64,000 nt of DNA from an uncultured Chloroflexia bacterium (GTDB lineage: Bacteria; Chloroflexota; Limnocylindria; Limnocylindrales; CSP1-4), in NCBI GenBank assembly GCA_963713975.1, contig OY970218.1, positions 2,048,001 to 2,112,000 of the forward strand. Direction: 5' to 3'. Positions 39,005 to 49,051 of this stretch are shown piece after piece (the stretch's first letter is position 1; each line of letters starts with the position of its first letter). The translations under genes and the position numbers were made by a program. The notes below the pieces were generated by a model. That model was not told the DNA's origin and did not search any database. It was given only the letters and a program-made list of their open reading frames with translations.

Positions 39005-41458
39005 TCACGCCCGGATGCGCTCGCCTTTGGGGTCATAGAGCGGCCGCAGTGACGGCGTGGCCGCGAAGCGCTCGTTCGCGATCTCCAGCTCGTAGCTGCC
39101 GCCCAGGACCCACTCGGGCGTCGCGGCTCCGGGCTCGCCGGCGCCCACGTAGCCCAGCGTGATCGACCGCCCCAGCGTGTGCCCGTACCAGCCGGAGCTC
39201 GTCTTGCCGACCAGCACGCCGTCGCGCCAGATGGGCTCGTTGCCATAGGCGAGGGGCCCCGGCTCGTCGAGCGCGAACACGACCAGGCGCCGCCGCAGTC
39301 CCTCGTTACGGAGCCGGAGCAGCGCGTCACGGCCGATGAAGCCGCCCGGCTTGTCCCAGGCGACCGCGAAGCCCAGCCCGCTTTCGAGCGGCGTGTCCTC
39401 GTCCGTGATGTCGTAGCCCCAGAAGCGGAACGCCTTCTCGAGCCGCAGCGAGTTGAGGGCGTGGTAGCCCGCGTGCCGCAGCCCGAGGCCGTCCGACGCG
39501 GCGATCAGCTCGTCGTAGACGTGCTGGGCCTGGTCCGAGGGCACGTGGAGCTCCCAGCCGAGCTCGCCCATGTAGGTCACCCGGAACGCCCAGGCGACCG
39601 TCAGCCCCATCTCGATCCGTCGCGCGGACATGTACGGGAAGGCGTCGTTGGAGAAGTCGGCTGGGGAGATCCGCGTTAGCAGCTCCCGTGATCGCGGCCC
39701 CTGCACATTGAGGACCGCCCAGCCCGCGGTCACGTCGGTGGCGGTGCAGCGCGCCTCCTTCGGGATGTGGCGCTCCGCCCACTCGAGGTCGCGCAGCTGG
39801 TCGGCCGCCGCGCTGAGGACCATGAACCGGGTCTCGTCGAGGCGGGTGACGGTCACGTCGCCCTCGATCCCGCCGCGCTCGTTGAGCCACTGGGTGTAGA
39901 CCACGCGGCCCGGCTCCACGGCGATGTCGTTGGCGGAGATCCGATTGAGGACCGCCTCGGCGTCCGGGCCCTGGACCAGCAGCTTGCCAAACGAGCTCTG
40001 GTCGAACACGCCCACCGCCTCTCGGACGGCCCGGTGCTCCCCGGCCGACGCCTCGAACCAGTTCTGGCGCCCCCAGCTGTACCGGTACTCGGCTTCCATG
40101 CCGGGGGTGGCGAACCAGTTGGCACGTTCCCAGCCGGCCGTCTCCCCGAAGCAGGCCCCGGCCGCGGCGAGCCGGTCGTGCAGGGGGCTCTTGCGCACGC
40201 CGCGGGCGGTCTCGACCTGGCGGAAGGGCCAGTGCATGTCGTACAGGAGGCCCAGCGTCTCGGTCGTCCGTTGCGCGAGGTAGCGGCGGTTGACCTGGAA
40301 GCCCATGAACCGCCGGATGTCCACCTCGGACAGGTCCATCGGCGGGTGGCCGTCCACGATCCAGTCCGCGACCGCCCGGCCCGCCCCCGGCCCGGACTGG
40401 AAGCCCACGGAGTTGAAACCGGCGGCCACGAAGTAGCCGGCCAGGCCCGGCGCCTCGCCCAGGATGTAGCGGTCATCGGGCGTGAAGCTCTCGGGGCCAT
40501 TGAAGAACAGCTTGATCCCGATGTCGTTGAGCAGCGGCAGGCGGCGGGCGGCCATCTCCACGAACGGACCAAGGTGGTCCCAGTCCTCGGGCAGGGTCCC
40601 AAAGGCGAAGTCCTCGGGGATCCCGTCGATCGCCCACGGCTTGGCACCGGGCTCGAAGAACCCGACCATGATCTTGCCCGTCTCCTCGCGGATGTAGGCC
40701 GTATCGTCGGGGCAGCGCAGGACCGGCAGGTCGGGCTGGAGGCCGTCCACCGGCTCGGTGACCAGGTAGAAGTGCTCGGCCGCCTGGAGCGGGATGTCCA
40801 CCCCGTTCTTCGCCCCCAGCTCGCGGGCCCACATCCCGGCGCAGTTGACGACGACCTCGCAGCCGATCTCGCCCGCCTCGGTCCGGACGCCGGTCACGCG
40901 GCCGCCCTTGGTCAGGACATCGGTGACCTTGGTGTGCTCGAAGACCTGGCCGCCGCGCAGCCGGAACGCCTTGGCGATGGCGAGCGTGGCGTCGGTCGGG
41001 TCGGCGATCCCGTCGGCCGGCAGGTATGCGGCGCCCACGATCTCCGACTCGTCCATCAGCGGCCACATCCGCTTCGCCTCGGCCGCGTCGATCGGCTGCA
41101 CGTCGAAGCCGCAGACCCGGCCCATGGAGATGCCGCGCTTGACCTCGGTCCAGCGCTCCTCGGTCCGCGCCACCAGGATGGAGCCGGTCGTCCGGAAGCC
41201 GGTGGACAGGCCGGTCTCGCGCTCGGCGTCCCGGAAGCACTCCTCCGCATAGGCCGCCAGCCGCGTCATGTTGTAGGTGGCCCGCAGCTTGGTCACCAGC
41301 CCGGCAGCGTGCCAGGTGGTGCCGCTGGTGAGCTGCTTGCGCTCGAGCAGGACGGTGTCGGTCCAGCCGCGCTTGGCGAGGTGGTAGGCGACGCTGACGC
41401 CGACGATCCCGCCGCCGATGACGACCACGCGAGCATGGGTGGGCAGCTGGGCGGTCAT
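39005..41458 (-). CDS. GcvT-family FAD oxidoreductase (sarcosine/dimethylglycine dehydrogenase-like)
   Basis: IGGGIVG, SGTTWHAAG, GPESFTPD, GWERANWF, YMGELGWE, SLRLEK. Confidence 0.93.
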   Translation of the reverse strand: MTAQLPTHARVVVIGGGIVGVSVAYHLAKRGWTDTVLLERKQLTSGTTWHAAGLVTKLRATYNMTRLAAYAEECFRDAERETGLSTGFRTTGSILVARTEERWTEVKRGISMGRVCGFDVQPIDAAEAKRMWPLMDESEIVGAAYLPADGIADPTDATLAIAKAFRLRGGQVFEHTKVTDVLTKGGRVTGVRTEAGEIGCEVVVNCAGMWARELGAKNGVDIPLQAAEHFYLVTEPVDGLQPDLPVLRCPDDTAYIREETGKIMVGFFEPGAKPWAIDGIPEDFAFGTLPEDWDHLGPFVEMAARRLPLLNDIGIKLFFNGPESFTPDDRYILGEAPGLAGYFVAAGFNSVGFQSGPGAGRAVADWIVDGHPPMDLSEVDIRRFMGFQVNRRYLAQRTTETLGLLYDMHWPFRQVETARGVRKSPLHDRLAAAGACFGETAGWERANWFATPGMEAEYRYSWGRQNWFEASAGEHRAVREAVGVFDQSSFGKLLVQGPDAEAVLNRISANDIAVEPGRVVYTQWLNERGGIEGDVTVTRLDETRFMVLSAAADQLRDLEWAERHIPKEARCTATDVTAGWAVLNVQGPRSRELLTRISPADFSNDAFPYMSARRIEMGLTVAWAFRVTYMGELGWELHVPSDQAQHVYDELIAASDGLGLRHAGYHALNSLRLEKAFRFWGYDITDEDTPLESGLGFAVAWDKPGGFIGRDALLRLRNEGLRRRLVVFALDEPGPLAYGNEPIWRDGVLVGKTSSGWYGHTLGRSITLGYVGAGEPGAATPEWVLGGSYELEIANERFAATPSLRPLYDPKGERIRA

Positions 41459-41705
41459 CGGACTCCTCGCATCGGCTGGTCGGTCCCCGGTCGGGTGTGA
41501 TTGCGCCGAGTCTCCACCCGGGCGGCGGTCCCGGCTACGGCCGTTCCGCCTATCGAGCAGTGGCGACGGGCGGCTCCGTTGCACGCCGGGCCGCAGCTTC
41601 GTGGGCGACAGGCCGTCGATCCGCCGTTCGGCACTGGCGGCCCCAGGCACGGTAGGTGTTTGATCGGCGTGCGGGGCGGCCGAACCGCGCCGCAAGGAGG
41701 CGGCG

Positions 41706-41996
41706 ATGACGCAGGCGACGCTCACCCCTGGGGCAGCAGCACCAGAGGCTGAGCTCGAGGAGGAGTCCGGTCTGGTGGCCGGGCGGCCGATCGAGGACCG
41801 GAGCTTCGAGCTGGTGGAGGTGGCGGCCGGTGCCGCAGCGGGGCTCCTGATCGGGACCGCGGTGGCGGGACCCATTGGAACGGTGGTCGGGGGCGTCGCG
41901 GGCGCGGCAGCCGGCCTGTTCACCGGGGAGGCGGTCGAGCGTCACGCCGGGCGGGCAGCGACCACGACCAACGCCGCAGACGACGAGCCGCGTTAG
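41706..41996 (+). CDS. Small glycine-zipper membrane protein
   Basis: AAGGAGG RBS; GAAAGLLIG...GPIG.VVGGVAGAAAG. Confidence 0.7.
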   Translation: MTQATLTPGAAAPEAELEEESGLVAGRPIEDRSFELVEVAAGAAAGLLIGTAVAGPIGTVVGGVAGAAAGLFTGEAVERHAGRAATTTNAADDEPR

Positions 41997-42137
41997 CACC
42001 AGGCAGGCGCGGGTGCCGCCGCGCGCCGGCACCACCCATGCCCGACGGAGCATCATTCCGGCCAGTCCCCGGCCAGCCGTCGGACATCGCCGCATGCTCC
42101 ATCCTCGACCTGCCCACGGACCTGGAGGCCCCCGATC

Positions 42138-42647
42138 ATGCATCCCCTGGTGATCCAGCTACGGTTCGCCCGCAGCGAGTTCGCTCGCGGCCTCGAGGGC
42201 CTGAGTGCGGAGGAGGCCGTCCGACGGGTCCCGCCGTTCAACTCCATCTCCTGGATGGTCGGCCACCTCGCGAACCAGGAACATCGCTACTGGGTGCGTC
42301 TGGCCCAGGACCGCGAGATCGCGCCGGGCCTCAACGACCTCGTAGGCACTGGCCGGCCCGCGAGCACGCCGCCCCTCAACGAGATGCTGTCGATCTGGCG
42401 GTCCGTGACGACCACAGCCGACGACTACCTGGCGGCCCTGGACACCGCGGCGCTCACGACCTTCTTGGCGCGCAATGGACGGCCGGTGGGCGAGAGCGTG
42501 GGCACCATGCTCCTCCGCAACATCTACCACTACTGGTTCCATGCGGGCGAGATCGCGGGCGCACGCCAGGCGCTGGGCCACACGGACCTGCCCGAGTTCG
42601 TCGGCGACATGACCGACGCCGCGTATCGCCCCGAGCGGGAAGGCTGA
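42138..42647 (+). CDS. DinB family protein
   Basis: NSISWMVGHLA.QE, HYWFHAGEI; GGAGG RBS. Confidence 0.88.
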   Translation: MHPLVIQLRFARSEFARGLEGLSAEEAVRRVPPFNSISWMVGHLANQEHRYWVRLAQDREIAPGLNDLVGTGRPASTPPLNEMLSIWRSVTTTADDYLAALDTAALTTFLARNGRPVGESVGTMLLRNIYHYWFHAGEIAGARQALGHTDLPEFVGDMTDAAYRPEREG

Positions 42648-42674
42648 CGCGGGGCGTCCGCCGGGTGCGGCGCC

Positions 42675-43202
42675 TCAGCGATCCCCGTACTTGGCGAGCC
42701 ACTCCTGGTCGCCCTGGACGAGCCACAGGATCCCCTCGATGAAGCCGACGATCCCCGGGATCGCCGTCCAGAAGAAGATCAGGTAGACCACGCCCTTGGT
42801 GTTGTCGCCGAGGTAGAACTTGTGGATGCCAAAGGACCCGAGGAAGATCGCGAGCAGCGAGGCCACGAGCTTGCTCTTGCCGGTCCGGGTCGTGGCATCG
42901 CCCCCCGTGACCCCACCACCGCCGGGCATGCCCGCCTGCCAGGGCTGGCGAACGCCGCACTTCGGGCAGATCTCGGCCCGCGCATCGATCGAGGCACCGC
43001 ACGCGAAGCAGAACTTCGTGGCCGGCCCGGATGCGGGCGGGGGAGGGTTGCCCCAGCCGGGCGTTGCGCCGGGTCCCGCCGGGGCCGCGCCGGGTCCCGC
43101 CGGGGCCGCGCCGGGTCCCGCCGGGGCGGGTTGGTTCATGGCCGCCTCGAGCTCGCTGATGTCGGGCGCGGGCCTGGTCGCATCGGGCGTTCCTTGGGTC
43201 AT
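42675..43202 (-). CDS. Zinc-ribbon plus TM2 domain protein
   Basis: FCFACG...AEICPKCG; KSKLVASLLAIFLGSFGIHKFYLG. Confidence 0.9.
   Translation of the reverse strand: MTQGTPDATRPAPDISELEAAMNQPAPAGPGAAPAGPGAAPAGPGATPGWGNPPPPASGPATKFCFACGASIDARAEICPKCGVRQPWQAGMPGGGGVTGGDATTRTGKSKLVASLLAIFLGSFGIHKFYLGDNTKGVVYLIFFWTAIPGIVGFIEGILWLVQGDQEWLAKYGDR
43066..43127. repeat. In-frame 21-bp tandem repeat, about 3 copies (APAGPGA)
   Basis: gcgccgggtcccgccggggcc repeated three times, last copy 20/21. Confidence 0.9.
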
Positions 43203-43416
43203 GCCACGTATCTCCGCGTCGCGCCGCCATGGGCGCGTCTCAGCGACGGACGATAGCCGGAGCCGGTGGCATCGACGCCGTCCCTCCGGCCCATCGCGGC
43301 GGGCCGAACCGCATGGCCGGCGACGGGGCGCATCATGACGGGGCGGCCTCGACGTCCGCGGGCGATTTCGCCGACACTCTCCAGCAACGGGTGACGCACG
43401 GAGGATCAGCACGACG

Positions 43417-43743
43417 GTGGACACGAGCCAGGTGGTCCTGATCGCCCTCGTGGTGGCGATGATCGTGGCCACGGTCGTGCCCAGGATCCTGCGAAGCCCC
43501 GGGCGGGCGCTCCACAAGCGGTTCGTCGCCCTCGGCACCCTGAAGGGCAAGACCCGCAAGGAGATCGTCAGGGCCGTTGGTGAGCCGAGCTCCGAGGCGA
43601 CGCTGCCGGACGGTCGCGTGGTGCTCCTGTGGCGTGCGCGTGGCTACCAGATCGCGCTCCTGTTCGAGACGAACGGCCGCTGCTTCGGTGTCACCCACGA
43701 GAACGGGCGGCGGGTGACCGCAACCCAGAACCGAGGCATGTAG
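43417..43743 (+). CDS. Small membrane-anchored protein (SmpA/OmlA-like fold possible)
   Basis: N-terminal TM, then GKTRKEIVRAVGEPS...LLW...LLF. Confidence 0.7.
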   Translation: MDTSQVVLIALVVAMIVATVVPRILRSPGRALHKRFVALGTLKGKTRKEIVRAVGEPSSEATLPDGRVVLLWRARGYQIALLFETNGRCFGVTHENGRRVTATQNRGM

Positions 43744-43755
43744 GGGCAAGAGCGT

Positions 43756-43899
43756 CTGGCGAGATCGGCGGCGTTCCCCGATACGCCTGCCGATCTCGCC
43801 AGTCTGGAAAGCTACTTGAGGGTCTAGCGTCAGCGCTTCTCACACCCTCCACCAGGGTGTGGCCGTGAGACGCGGAGTCGGCCCATGTGTTACAGACCC
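43756..43899. other. Structured intergenic element (long hairpin plus multi-stem domain)
   Basis: 14-bp stem 43756-43769/43789-43802; gggtct/agaccc enclosing cacaccct/agggtgtg. Confidence 0.4.
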
Positions 43900-43967
43900 G
43901 TCGATTCCCGGCGAGCGCCGGCTGCCCCGGGGAGCGCCGGCAGCGCGGGGCGTGCCAGACCAAGCCG

Positions 43968-44615
43968 TCAGCCCGTCGCGCGTTCCAGGATCAGCGTCTG
44001 CCAGAAGCGGCCGCGGTGGCCGGTCACGGGCACGAGACCGCCCGCGGTCGCGACGGCGAGCACGTCGGCCGTGCGGTGGACGTGGACCCGGAACGGGTTG
44101 CGGCGGAAGGCGCTCCAGCGGTTGCTGACGTCGACTCCGGCCCGGATCCACGCGTCATCGCGGGGCAGGACCATCCCCAGCCGCCGGCGCGTCCGCTCGG
44201 CGGCCACGCCGACCAGCGCCTCCATGTGCGGGTAGCAGCAGACCACCCGGTCCAACGCCACCAGGTCTGATGCCGGAAGCTCGGGCGCCAGCGCGACGGC
44301 GTCACCCTTGAGATACGTCACGCGGTCCGCATGGCCGCGCCGCTGGGCCTCCGCCTGCGCGGCGGCGAGATACGGGCCGGAGGCGTCCACGTCGACGGCC
44401 GAAACGGCACCGGCGTCCAGCAGGGCATGGTGCACCGCCCCGACGCCGGCCCCGATGTCGAGCACCGTCAGCCCATCGATATCGTCCGATGACAACCCGG
44501 CGATCAGGCGCGCCGTCCACCCATTGGGCCCGTTCCTGCGGTACTCGCGCAGCCGCTCATCGGCCCGACGCGCGTCGAACTGGTCGTCGTAGATGGTCCG
44601 CTCGCAGCAGTCCAT
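43968..44615 (-). CDS. Class I SAM-dependent methyltransferase (BchM-like)
   Basis: VLDIGAGVG, VDAS, LDRVVCCYP. Confidence 0.88.
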   Translation of the reverse strand: MDCCERTIYDDQFDARRADERLREYRRNGPNGWTARLIAGLSSDDIDGLTVLDIGAGVGAVHHALLDAGAVSAVDVDASGPYLAAAQAEAQRRGHADRVTYLKGDAVALAPELPASDLVALDRVVCCYPHMEALVGVAAERTRRRLGMVLPRDDAWIRAGVDVSNRWSAFRRNPFRVHVHRTADVLAVATAGGLVPVTGHRGRFWQTLILERATG

Positions 44616-44692
44616 CGGGAGATGGTAGTCGTCCGTCGCAACCTGGCTCAGCTGGTGGTGGATCGGCGCCGGCCGCGGCCGGGTCGGACCGG

Positions 44693-45856
44693 CTAGCCCG
44701 GCTCTCCGTCGTGGGCATCGGTCGTGATCGTCTCCGGGATCGCGCTCCCAAAGATCTGGCGCCAGTTCACCTCGCGCCGGTTGGGGTCGTCGAAGCCCAG
44801 CATGGTTCGGCCCTGTCGCCTGGCGTAGGCGAGCGCCAGGAGCTCCAGCGGCACGGCGGTCACGATCGGGGAGAGCAGCTCATCGGACGTGGCCCACGCC
44901 GGCAGCACCACGTCCGAGGCGGCGCACGTCGCCTCGTCCGTGGGGTCGCAGATCGCCACGGCGGTCCCGCCCACGTCACGGACGGCCCGGAGCTGCTCCC
45001 GGGCGCGGTCCACGCTCGCCCCCCCCGGCGCGACGACGATGGTGTGGCTCCCGGGCCCGGTGCAGAAGTACTGCTCGTGGGCCCACTCCTCGAGCTCCTG
45101 GCCGACCGCGTTGTGGCGTGCCGACTCGATGAACTTCGCCATCCCGAACACGGCCGTCCCGTGGCTCGGACCGCCGCCGATGACCGTCAGCACCTCGCCC
45201 GGGTCGATCCGTTCCGCGATCGACTCGGCCACAGGCCGTGCGGCACCGATCGTCGATGCGACGGCGTCGGCGCAGCCGGAGACCGCTTCGAGACGCCGGT
45301 CCACGTCCTCCCCGGTGAGGTGTCCCGCTGCCGCCCCGATCCTGCAGGCCAGGGCGTACAGCGCCACGAGCGAGGCGAGATAGGACAGCGTGCCCGGGCC
45401 GAACCCGACGTCCTCGTACGTCCAGGCGAGGGTGCCTGTCGCCGTCCGCCCGAGCTGGCTGTCCGGGAAGAAGGTGAGCCCGATCGACCGGATCCCGCGC
45501 TGGCCCGCGAACAGCGCCGCCTCGATCGTCCTGGTAACGCGCCCCGAGTTCGACACGGCGACCACCAGCGCATCGGCCGGCGCCGAGGTGACCGCGTAGC
45601 GCGAGAACTCGAGCGATTCCATGGCCTCGGTCGGGATGCCCGTCCAGCGCTCGAACGCGAACCGCGTCGCCATGCCCGCGTAATAGGAGTCGCCACAACC
45701 CACGAGGTAGATCCGTGACGGCACCGGCAGGGCCAGGCCCGCGGCCCGCTCATAGAGGTCTCGAACCGCGCCGCCTCGCAGGTAGGCGGGCTGCGCCTCG
45801 ATTCCCGCCGCCATGTTGTCCCACTTGAGGTCGAGCTCCTCTTCATCCATACGCAT
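44693..45856 (-). CDS. Double SIS domain protein (GlmS-isomerase/FrlB-like)
   Basis: VGCGDS, VSNSG, GGGPS, KFIE, EEWAH. Confidence 0.88.
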   Translation of the reverse strand: MRMDEEELDLKWDNMAAGIEAQPAYLRGGAVRDLYERAAGLALPVPSRIYLVGCGDSYYAGMATRFAFERWTGIPTEAMESLEFSRYAVTSAPADALVVAVSNSGRVTRTIEAALFAGQRGIRSIGLTFFPDSQLGRTATGTLAWTYEDVGFGPGTLSYLASLVALYALACRIGAAAGHLTGEDVDRRLEAVSGCADAVASTIGAARPVAESIAERIDPGEVLTVIGGGPSHGTAVFGMAKFIESARHNAVGQELEEWAHEQYFCTGPGSHTIVVAPGGASVDRAREQLRAVRDVGGTAVAICDPTDEATCAASDVVLPAWATSDELLSPIVTAVPLELLALAYARRQGRTMLGFDDPNRREVNWRQIFGSAIPETITTDAHDGEPG

Positions 45857-46820
45857 GTGGCGTCTCCTCGTTCTCAGGTGGCAGGGTGGCGGATCGAATG
45901 GCCGCCAGGCGGCGACCGGCTTCGGCGGGATCCACGTCGGCGAGCGGAAGGGCGCCGCGCCCTTCGACGGCAAACGAGGCCGAGACGGCACCATGGCACG
46001 CCGCGACGACGGCATCCGGCCACCCAGAGTACGCCGCCAGGAAGCCGCCGCAGTACGTGTCGCCGGCGCCCGTCGGGTCGATGACCTTGGCCGGTGCGGC
46101 CGGGACATGGTGCACGACCTGATCCGGGCCGCACACGAGGCTGCCATCCGGCCCCAGCTTGATGGCGACGGCCCGAGGGCCGGCCGCGACAAACGAGCGG
46201 GCGGCCGCCTCCGGATCGTCCCACCCGTAGAGCTGTCGTGCCTCGCCGCGGCTGGGCAGGAACAGGTCCACCTGCCGGAGGAGCGCCATCAGCTCCTCCT
46301 CGTGGCCGGCGATGTGCAGGTCGTGGGGATCCAGGGAGACCAGGCGAACCCCGGCGTCCCGGAGGTGTCGCACCAGCTCCACCTGGATCCAGAGCGGCAT
46401 CGGCGCGACATGACAGGCGTCGAGGTGCTCGAGCCCCCGCGGGAGCTCGGCGGGGCGGATGGACTGGTCCTCGTGTGATCCGGAGTCGTCCCAGATCCCC
46501 ATGTGACGGATGTCGTCAGGCTCGTAGCGCATCCAGTTGTGGATGCTCGACGCCGCCTGCGGTACGAGGTGCAGATCCAGGCCGGCGGCCTCGAGGCGTC
46601 GGACGTGGGCTCGCGGGAAGTCCGGCCCCATGCGCGTGGCCATCCCCACCCGCGATCGCCAGACCGCCGCGCCCAGCGCGCCGTAGACCGCATTGCCGCC
46701 GCACTGGCCGGGGGAGTCGATGCCATCGGGCAGGACGACATCGTCGATCGTGAAGTTGCCCAGGACCCAGAGCGCGTCACGCCCCACCGCCGGCCCTGTG
46801 GCGAGCATGCCTGGGCCCAT
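45843..46820 (-). CDS. PfkB family carbohydrate kinase
   Basis: [25 protein letters not shown]. Confidence 0.92.
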   Translation of the reverse strand: MGPGMLATGPAVGRDALWVLGNFTIDDVVLPDGIDSPGQCGGNAVYGALGAAVWRSRVGMATRMGPDFPRAHVRRLEAAGLDLHLVPQAASSIHNWMRYEPDDIRHMGIWDDSGSHEDQSIRPAELPRGLEHLDACHVAPMPLWIQVELVRHLRDAGVRLVSLDPHDLHIAGHEEELMALLRQVDLFLPSRGEARQLYGWDDPEAAARSFVAAGPRAVAIKLGPDGSLVCGPDQVVHHVPAAPAKVIDPTGAGDTYCGGFLAAYSGWPDAVVAACHGAVSASFAVEGRGALPLADVDPAEAGRRLAAIRSATLPPENEETPHAYG

Positions 46821-46923
46821 ATCCGCGCCTCCTCATCCGCAACGGGACCGGGCGATTGTGGGGTCGCGGTCTTCAGATCCGCAAGCGGGAGCCCGCGCGG
46901 CGTCCGGGCGCTGCGTCGACCCC

Positions 46924-48936
46924 TCAGCCCTCCGCCTCGATCACCCGCATCACGGCGTTGATCAGTGCCAGGTGGGTGAACGCCTGTGGGAAGTTGCCGA
47001 GGTGCCGCCCCGTCTCGGGGTCGATCTCCTCGCCGTACAGGTGGAGCTGGCTGGCGTGGGCCAGGAGGCTCTCGCACAACCGGCGCGCCCGGGCCTTCTG
47101 GCCGATGGTGACGAGCGCCGAGACCAGCCAGAACGAGCAGATGACGAACGCCCCCTCGTCGCCGCCGAGCCCGTCGTCCGTCAGGGCCGGGTCATAGCGC
47201 CGGACGAGGCCGTCTACGGCAAGGTCCCGCGCAACCGCCTTCACGGTGGCCCGGACCCGTGGGTCGCTGCCGGGCAGGAACCCCACGAGGGGAATGAGGA
47301 GGGTCGACGCGTCCAGCCCCTTCGAGCCGTATGCCTGCGTGAACACGCCGCGCTCGTCGATACCGTTCCGGCACACGTCCGCGTGGATCTCGTCCGCGGC
47401 AGCCTGCCAGCGGGCCTCCAGTTCAGGCTCGTCCCGGAGCCGGGCCAGCCGGGCGCCCCGGTCCGCGGCCACCCAGCACATGACCTTGGACGAGGTGAAG
47501 TGCTGCAGCTCGCCGCGGACCTCCCAGATCCCGCGATCGGGCTCCCGCCAGTGCTCGATCGCATCCCCCACCTGGCGGACGACGATCCCCCAGATCCGGT
47601 CGTCGAGCTGGTCGCGGGACTTCGCGTGCAGGTAGACGGAATCCACGAGCGATCCCCAGACGTCGTGCTGACGCTGGCGGAAGGCACCATTGCCGACGCG
47701 GACGGGTCGTGACCCTTCGTAGCCCGAGAGGTGATCGAGGGTGGACTCGGCGAGGTCCCGCTCGCCACCGATCCCGTACATGACCTGGAGGTCGCCGTCC
47801 GTGGAGACGGCGTCGGCGAGGAAGTTGAAGAAGTCCGTGGCCTCCCAGTCGAGGCCCAGCGTGTCGAGCGCCCACAGCGCATACGTGGAATCCCGGATCC
47901 ACGTGTAGCGGTAGTCCCAGTTCCGCTCGCCACCGGGCTGCTCGGGGAGGGAGGTCGTCGGTGCCGCGATGATCGCCCCGGTCGGCGAGTAGGTGAGCCC
48001 CTTCAGGGTCAGCGCGGAACGCTCCAGGTAGGGCCGCCAGCGGTGGTCGGGGAGGCGGGCCCTGGCCAGCCAGTGCTGCCAGTGATGCGCCGTCCAGACG
48101 AGCTGCCGGTACGCCTCGACCTGGTCGACGGGCGGGGACTCGGTGTCCCAGGACAGCGCGACGAAACGGACCTCGCCTTCCTTGATCAGCGTGTGCCCGA
48201 TCGCTCGCGGCCCCTCGAAGCCCAGGTTGATGTCCGAGGTCAGGGTCAGCCGCACGTCGCTGCCCTCGGCCGAGTACGTGCCGCGCCGGTAGCCCTCGCC
48301 CTCGTACTCCCACGTCCCGTGCAGCCGGCCGTACTCGAGGACGGGCTCGCAGTCGACCGCGAGCTGGACCTCGCCGCCAACGCAGCGGACGATCCGCAGC
48401 AGCACGTGCTCCGCGTCGTAGTCCGTGGGCGGGCGCCGGTGGGTCGAGGACCGCTGCTCGTTGTGGTGCCAGGGCCCCATGAGCAGGACGTCACGGACGA
48501 TGATCCAGCCGGTCGGCGTGCTCCAGCTCGTCTCCACGATCATCGTGCCCGGCAGGTAGCGCCGCGCGACCGGCACCCGGGTGTCGGCGGGACCAAAGCG
48601 GAAGCTGCCGGCATCGCGGTCGAGGATCGAGCCGAAGATGCTCGGCGAGTCCATCCGCGGCACGGACATCCACTCGACGTTGCCGCCCGGCGCCACCAGC
48701 GCCGTGACCTCGCCGTCGGACAGGAACGCGTAGTCCGAGATGGGCGGGAACGCAGAAGCGCCGTCGGGGCTCGGCATGCGGCGGCCACGCGAGCCGGGGA
48801 CATCCCCGTGGAGGGCCCGGCCGTGGGCGTGGGACCGGTCCCGGGTCCGATCGTGCCCGGCCCCGGAGTTCTTCTTCCGTGCCTTGGCGTCCGAGCCGGA
48901 CTTCCTCCGTCCCGCGCGCCCGTTCGACTTCGCCAT
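46924..48936 (-). CDS. Glycoside hydrolase family 15 (trehalase/glucoamylase-like)
   Basis: [50 protein letters not shown]; start uncertain. Confidence 0.92.
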   Translation of the reverse strand: MAKSNGRAGRRKSGSDAKARKKNSGAGHDRTRDRSHAHGRALHGDVPGSRGRRMPSPDGASAFPPISDYAFLSDGEVTALVAPGGNVEWMSVPRMDSPSIFGSILDRDAGSFRFGPADTRVPVARRYLPGTMIVETSWSTPTGWIIVRDVLLMGPWHHNEQRSSTHRRPPTDYDAEHVLLRIVRCVGGEVQLAVDCEPVLEYGRLHGTWEYEGEGYRRGTYSAEGSDVRLTLTSDINLGFEGPRAIGHTLIKEGEVRFVALSWDTESPPVDQVEAYRQLVWTAHHWQHWLARARLPDHRWRPYLERSALTLKGLTYSPTGAIIAAPTTSLPEQPGGERNWDYRYTWIRDSTYALWALDTLGLDWEATDFFNFLADAVSTDGDLQVMYGIGGERDLAESTLDHLSGYEGSRPVRVGNGAFRQRQHDVWGSLVDSVYLHAKSRDQLDDRIWGIVVRQVGDAIEHWREPDRGIWEVRGELQHFTSSKVMCWVAADRGARLARLRDEPELEARWQAAADEIHADVCRNGIDERGVFTQAYGSKGLDASTLLIPLVGFLPGSDPRVRATVKAVARDLAVDGLVRRYDPALTDDGLGGDEGAFVICSFWLVSALVTIGQKARARRLCESLLAHASQLHLYGEEIDPETGRHLGNFPQAFTHLALINAVMRVIEAEG

Positions 48937-49051
48937 TCGCTGCCTGTTCCCGTGCGTGGGGTGGCAGTCTCGCACGCGGTTCGCGGATGGTGCCACCCAC
49001 CGATGGTCCCGATCAGCCGAGGCGAACCCGGAGGCTCGCCAGGGGCGACGG

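Noticed and set aside
41459-41705. Glycine riboswitch upstream of the GcvT-like gene
   Set aside because: Only a GGAGA is present; the downstream conserved elements (CCGAAG, CTCTCAGG) were not found.
43805-43835. c-di-GMP-I riboswitch-like aaagcta...gggtcta
   Set aside because: The upstream GGCAAA/GNRA stem is missing and no gene lies downstream on that strand.
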